Shown: piece after piece, positions 61,301-64,000 of the stretch
Layout of the letters: each line of letters begins with the position of its first letter
How positions within the stretch are numbered: position 1 is the stretch's first letter
NCBI RefSeq assembly: GCF_000002075.1
Contig: NW_004797661.1
Location: 89,934 to 153,933 of the forward strand
Length of the DNA: 64,000 bases
DNA from: Aplysia californica
Taxonomy: Eukaryota
Direction of reading: 5' to 3'
Notes under the pieces: model-generated
The model's database searches: none
Told to the model about the DNA's origin: nothing
Seen by the model: only the letters and a program-made list of their open reading frames with translations
Program-made: the position numbers and the translations under genes

Positions 61301-62720
61301 GAGCATGTTCGATTATACAGTATAACACGGATAGTTAGAACTTGTCGGGACCGACCTTGGAAGTTCGAGGGATCTGTAGTTTGAGGAATACGTGAACAGT
61401 ATTGTGGCATCAGTTGTTTCAGAGAATCAAGGGAAGCAAAAAAGATTGGATTGGAACAGATTTTTCTTTTTCCTGCCATTGTCGTAGATCAGATAGGATA
61501 GATCTATGCCTGTTGACTTGAATTTGAAATTTGAGAGAATTTGAAATTGACAGATTGAGAATGAGAAACACTGCAACGCTTTCGAGTTCGATCGGTAATG
61601 AGCCATCCGGTACCAAAACTGTTTATTTGCATGTGTCAGTGTGAGCAGTCTTTAGACTGCACCAACGGAATGGTGCCTTTTCAAATTTTTCAAGACATAA
61701 ACAATCTGACAAGATAAACATATCGCAACAGTAATCAACAAGGCGATGACGAAACAATGCAGGTTTTCCCTGCCTCTCCCACTAAGCGCGCAATCCTTTG
61801 CAAAGAGGGGGTGGGTGCCAGTCAGTCGTGTGATGCACATCCCCTCCTCCTGCCTACTCTACACAAGCCTAGCTAGGCCTAGGACCTAGGCATGCGCAGA
61901 GGGCACACATGTTGAGCAGCGCGCTAAAAATAGCACAGTTAGCCTCTTCTATGGAGAGGGGGGGGGGGAGATGGTATTTTACTGACCTTGCCTTTTTCCG
62001 TTTTTATCATTATTATTGTTATTATTTTGTCTCAAGTACACCTCAAAGGACATCGACTTTAGACCTCTACGGTGGCGTAATTAGTTCGACTGTTCTGTGT
62101 TTGTGTCCGAGCCTGGTGTAATTTGCTTACAAAAATAAAGAAGAAAAAAACCAAAAAACGGGACCACAGGCACAGTTCGACGGATGCGTGATTTCGAGTA
62201 ATCTGTGCTCGACCTATCCGGGTTATACTGGATATATATAATATAAAATTGACTGGGCTTTTTTTTATGTGGTGAATTAGAGATATTGGTACCTGACTAA
62301 AGTCACTTTCAATTCTTCATAATAAAGAATTCATTGTTCCTCTGTTGAGTATATTCTATAGACAAGTTATTATGTTGTGCAGTTGTAACATACAGTAGTC
62401 TTCTCTTGCGAAAATGTTTTGGTTTCTGATTTTCAGCATCTGATTGCTATTACTTGAACAAATGGTATAAAAACTGCGTCCAGTTTAAAACTATATGGTT
62501 CAAAGTTTCATGCTTCCACAATGCTACATATCAATTTGTTTTTTGTAGCTTTTTTTTTTCCAGTTCCTCTGAAGAATATTTCTGTTGTATTTTTTTTTTT
62601 CACTGGATGACTTTTGATCACTCATGCTTCTTTCTGTTTTTCACAGTTCCAATCAGATGTTTTCCAGAGAACACTTCCTTACCTACCAGTGGATATCCAG
62701 AGGATTATATTATTGGGTAA
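50192..62720 (+). CDS. Secreted protein with two tandem bacterial-type polar amino-acid substrate-binding domains (SBP family 3 / PBP2; HisJ/ArgT/ArtJ-like), about 571 aa, 15 coding exons
   Basis: Exons 50192-50350, 51229-51284, 51751-51800, 53026-53118, 53920-54093, 54879-54997, 55389-55590, 56002-56087, 56426-56490, 57752-57801, 58218-58310, 59324-59497, 59985-60103, 60486-60687, 62647-62720. All GT-AG and in phase, 1716 nt open. Signal peptide MMWSAALSCMTIIWILVGSLA. SBP3-like motifs KPYNFLDENGKLVGFDVDF, VC-x6-C, GLMSGWFDG, DRQGAFDFTEPY, ADVLF, KKGSELAQWWNPAFQTLVLSGGY, each present twice. Family assigned by motif recognition, not by database search. Confidence 0.85.
51229..56020 (+). other. 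SBP3/PBP2-like domain copy 1 (exon set)
   Basis: AGKVWLFAVDGRRKPYNFLDENGKLVGFDVDFISKVCSVVQKKCKIVLAEFTECTITERNINYAGRGLMSGWFDGCPGYVLSLDRQGAFDFTEPYLATDASFTVSPGNPSGFDPDLDDYSKFTLTHLTGAVTNAQCLNRLHKKFGKIIVAADLPDAKELLLNRTADVLFSARRSISGLEVLPQRVHCEMGGTGVMLKKGSELAQWWNPAFQTLVLSGGYAQFCAESETKYNATFRCL. Confidence 0.8.
56877..57299. mobile_element. TIR DNA-transposon remnant, inverted homolog of 39402-39850
   Basis: CATATGTGAGGCATCATGGTGAAGTCAGGCGC...TCACCAAACTTTGGCGGCCATTTT...GAAACCAGGCGACC matches the reverse complement of 39560-39850. Confidence 0.65.
58354..58398. repeat. (GAT)n microsatellite
   Basis: Seen directly; produces the spurious poly-Met and poly-Asp ORFs. Confidence 0.95.
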
Positions 62721-63692
62721 AACTTTAGCAGCTTCGTATTCTGGAGATGTCATTACCCAAAAGCATCAAATAAAATAATTTTATTTTTAGAAAAGGTGGC
62801 ACGAGAATCACTATGTTTTGAAGGTAGATTTGAATTTTTGAATAATGGGAGCCCAGGAAATTGTTCTGGTTTTATTTTTGGAACATACCACATACTGATG
62901 TCTTCCATTATCACCCTTCTTAATGAAATGTGACTTGTGTACCACTCAGTATTAGGCTTGCTGAAAATGTAACGGTAAAACCCTTTTACAAACTGCCATG
63001 CCTTTTCCTTTTGTTTTGCGTGAAAATGTAGATCAAATAACGGGAGTTTTGTTGACTTGCAGCCTGGTGTGTTTTACGTTTTAAAAAAAAATATAGTAGA
63101 GGGTTTTACGGCGCTCGCAACTTTTTAAGTCTTTGTTTTCATTTTGTGTCAGAAGTATTACAATGTAATCAGATCTTATATATCATCATCTGTTTTTATA
63201 TTATAATGATATTATGGTTGTGGCCTTGTCATTTCTATAAAATTATGAACTGCTGACATAATGACAATGCTGTTTCTGTGCAGGAATAATTTTTATTTTG
63301 AGCTGTGTGGGTTTATACAGAAATGCGCAATTATTATTGTGAGGAACATATGAATGGGGTTTGGATGGGAAGAGGTTTCAGATCTGCATGAAACTGTATA
63401 TTGATATTCTTTTGACTGTGTGTCATGTGTGGCCAGCAAAATGTGTCTAAATATAGGTTGAGTATTGGTGCTATCATGACATCTTTTTACAATGTTTATT
63501 TTTTTTTCAATCATTTCTTGAAAGTGAATAACTTAAAAAAAATTGAAGCTTATTTCACTTCATCTTTTTGTTGCTTCTTGTAGGTCATGCCACAAAGGTC
63601 TGCATGTTATGTGAATGATTTTAATTCTTTTCAAAGATTAATTAGGTACAGTTGTAATTATTGATGACAGAGAGAGGGAGGGAGGGAGGGGG

Positions 63693-63694
<2 letters not shown>

Positions 63695-63746
<52 letters not shown>
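63695..63746. repeat. (GA)n microsatellite
   Basis: Seen directly. Confidence 0.95.
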
Positions 63747-63748
<2 letters not shown>

Positions 63749-64000
63749 TTTTTATGCAGTGTATTGTTTTCACTATGTTGCTCTCTTAACTAGCCTTATT
63801 TTGAAAGACAGAGTGACAGGTACATTGTTTTAGTCAAGTGGATGACTGCAGTGTAGGCTAGTCCGTTTATTAGTTGCCATATATATATTATTATGTGTGT
63901 TTCATTTTGTTTTGTATCAATTTATCATCTTATTAGACCTAAATAGTCATTTCGAACTGATCTCACTCTGCAAGGTTTTAGGATCTATATTTTCTTGCTG

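Larger units (their letters stand above)
56426..62665 (+). other. SBP3/PBP2-like domain copy 2 (exon set)
   Basis: DAADQRVWLFALSGRRKPFAFQDEEGRLSGFNIDFVRAVCAEAKQVCDFVLSQFTECSFTQRNINYAGRGLMDGWFDACMGYADSVDRAAAVDFTDAFLESSSTFTVVPGNPSGFDPDQQDFSNFTFTHLTGAYTNAQCLNRLKKKFGKIVIAANLPEAKELLFDRKADVLFSPRGKIPDLEVLPQRVHCERTGSAIMTKRGSPLVDWWNAAFRSLVRKGLYQKVCEEGRVKYNFPIRCF. Confidence 0.8.

Noticed and set aside
50192-62720. Ionotropic glutamate receptor / IR gene
   Set aside because: No M1-P-M3 segment between the lobes, no SYTANLA motif and no M4; each domain is continuous and the CDS stops at 62720.
50192-62720. Bacterial contamination
   Set aside because: 14 spliceosomal introns containing host TEs and microsatellites; no permease or ATPase operon partners.

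Overview
Animal (metazoan) genomic DNA: AT-rich, rich in introns and repeats, with several N gaps. It is probably a lophotrochozoan such as a gastropod mollusc, which is only an inference from repeat style. Four spliced protein-coding genes were assembled by hand from splice sites and reading phase. (1) CHCHD7/COX23-like twin-CX9C gene, + strand, 3 coding exons, 103 aa. (2) RFT1, - strand, 14 coding exons, 541 aa, with one GC-AG intron. (3) HADHB, + strand, 14 coding exons, 474 aa, head-to-head with RFT1. (4) The most interesting feature: an unrecognised + strand gene at 50192-62720 with 15 coding exons and about 571 aa. It encodes a signal peptide followed by two tandem, disulfide-rich domains resembling bacterial polar amino-acid ABC-transporter substrate-binding proteins (SBP family 3 / PBP2, HisJ/ArgT/ArtJ-like), with no transmembrane segment. 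The rest is transposon-derived: Tc1/mariner-, hAT-, piggyBac- and MULE-like MITEs, tRNA-derived SINEs, I/Nimb-type 3' tails, a decayed CRE-like retrotransposon fragment, a ~1.15 kb duplicated block and microsatellites. Most short ORFs in the supplied track are spurious or are exon fragments read through into introns.
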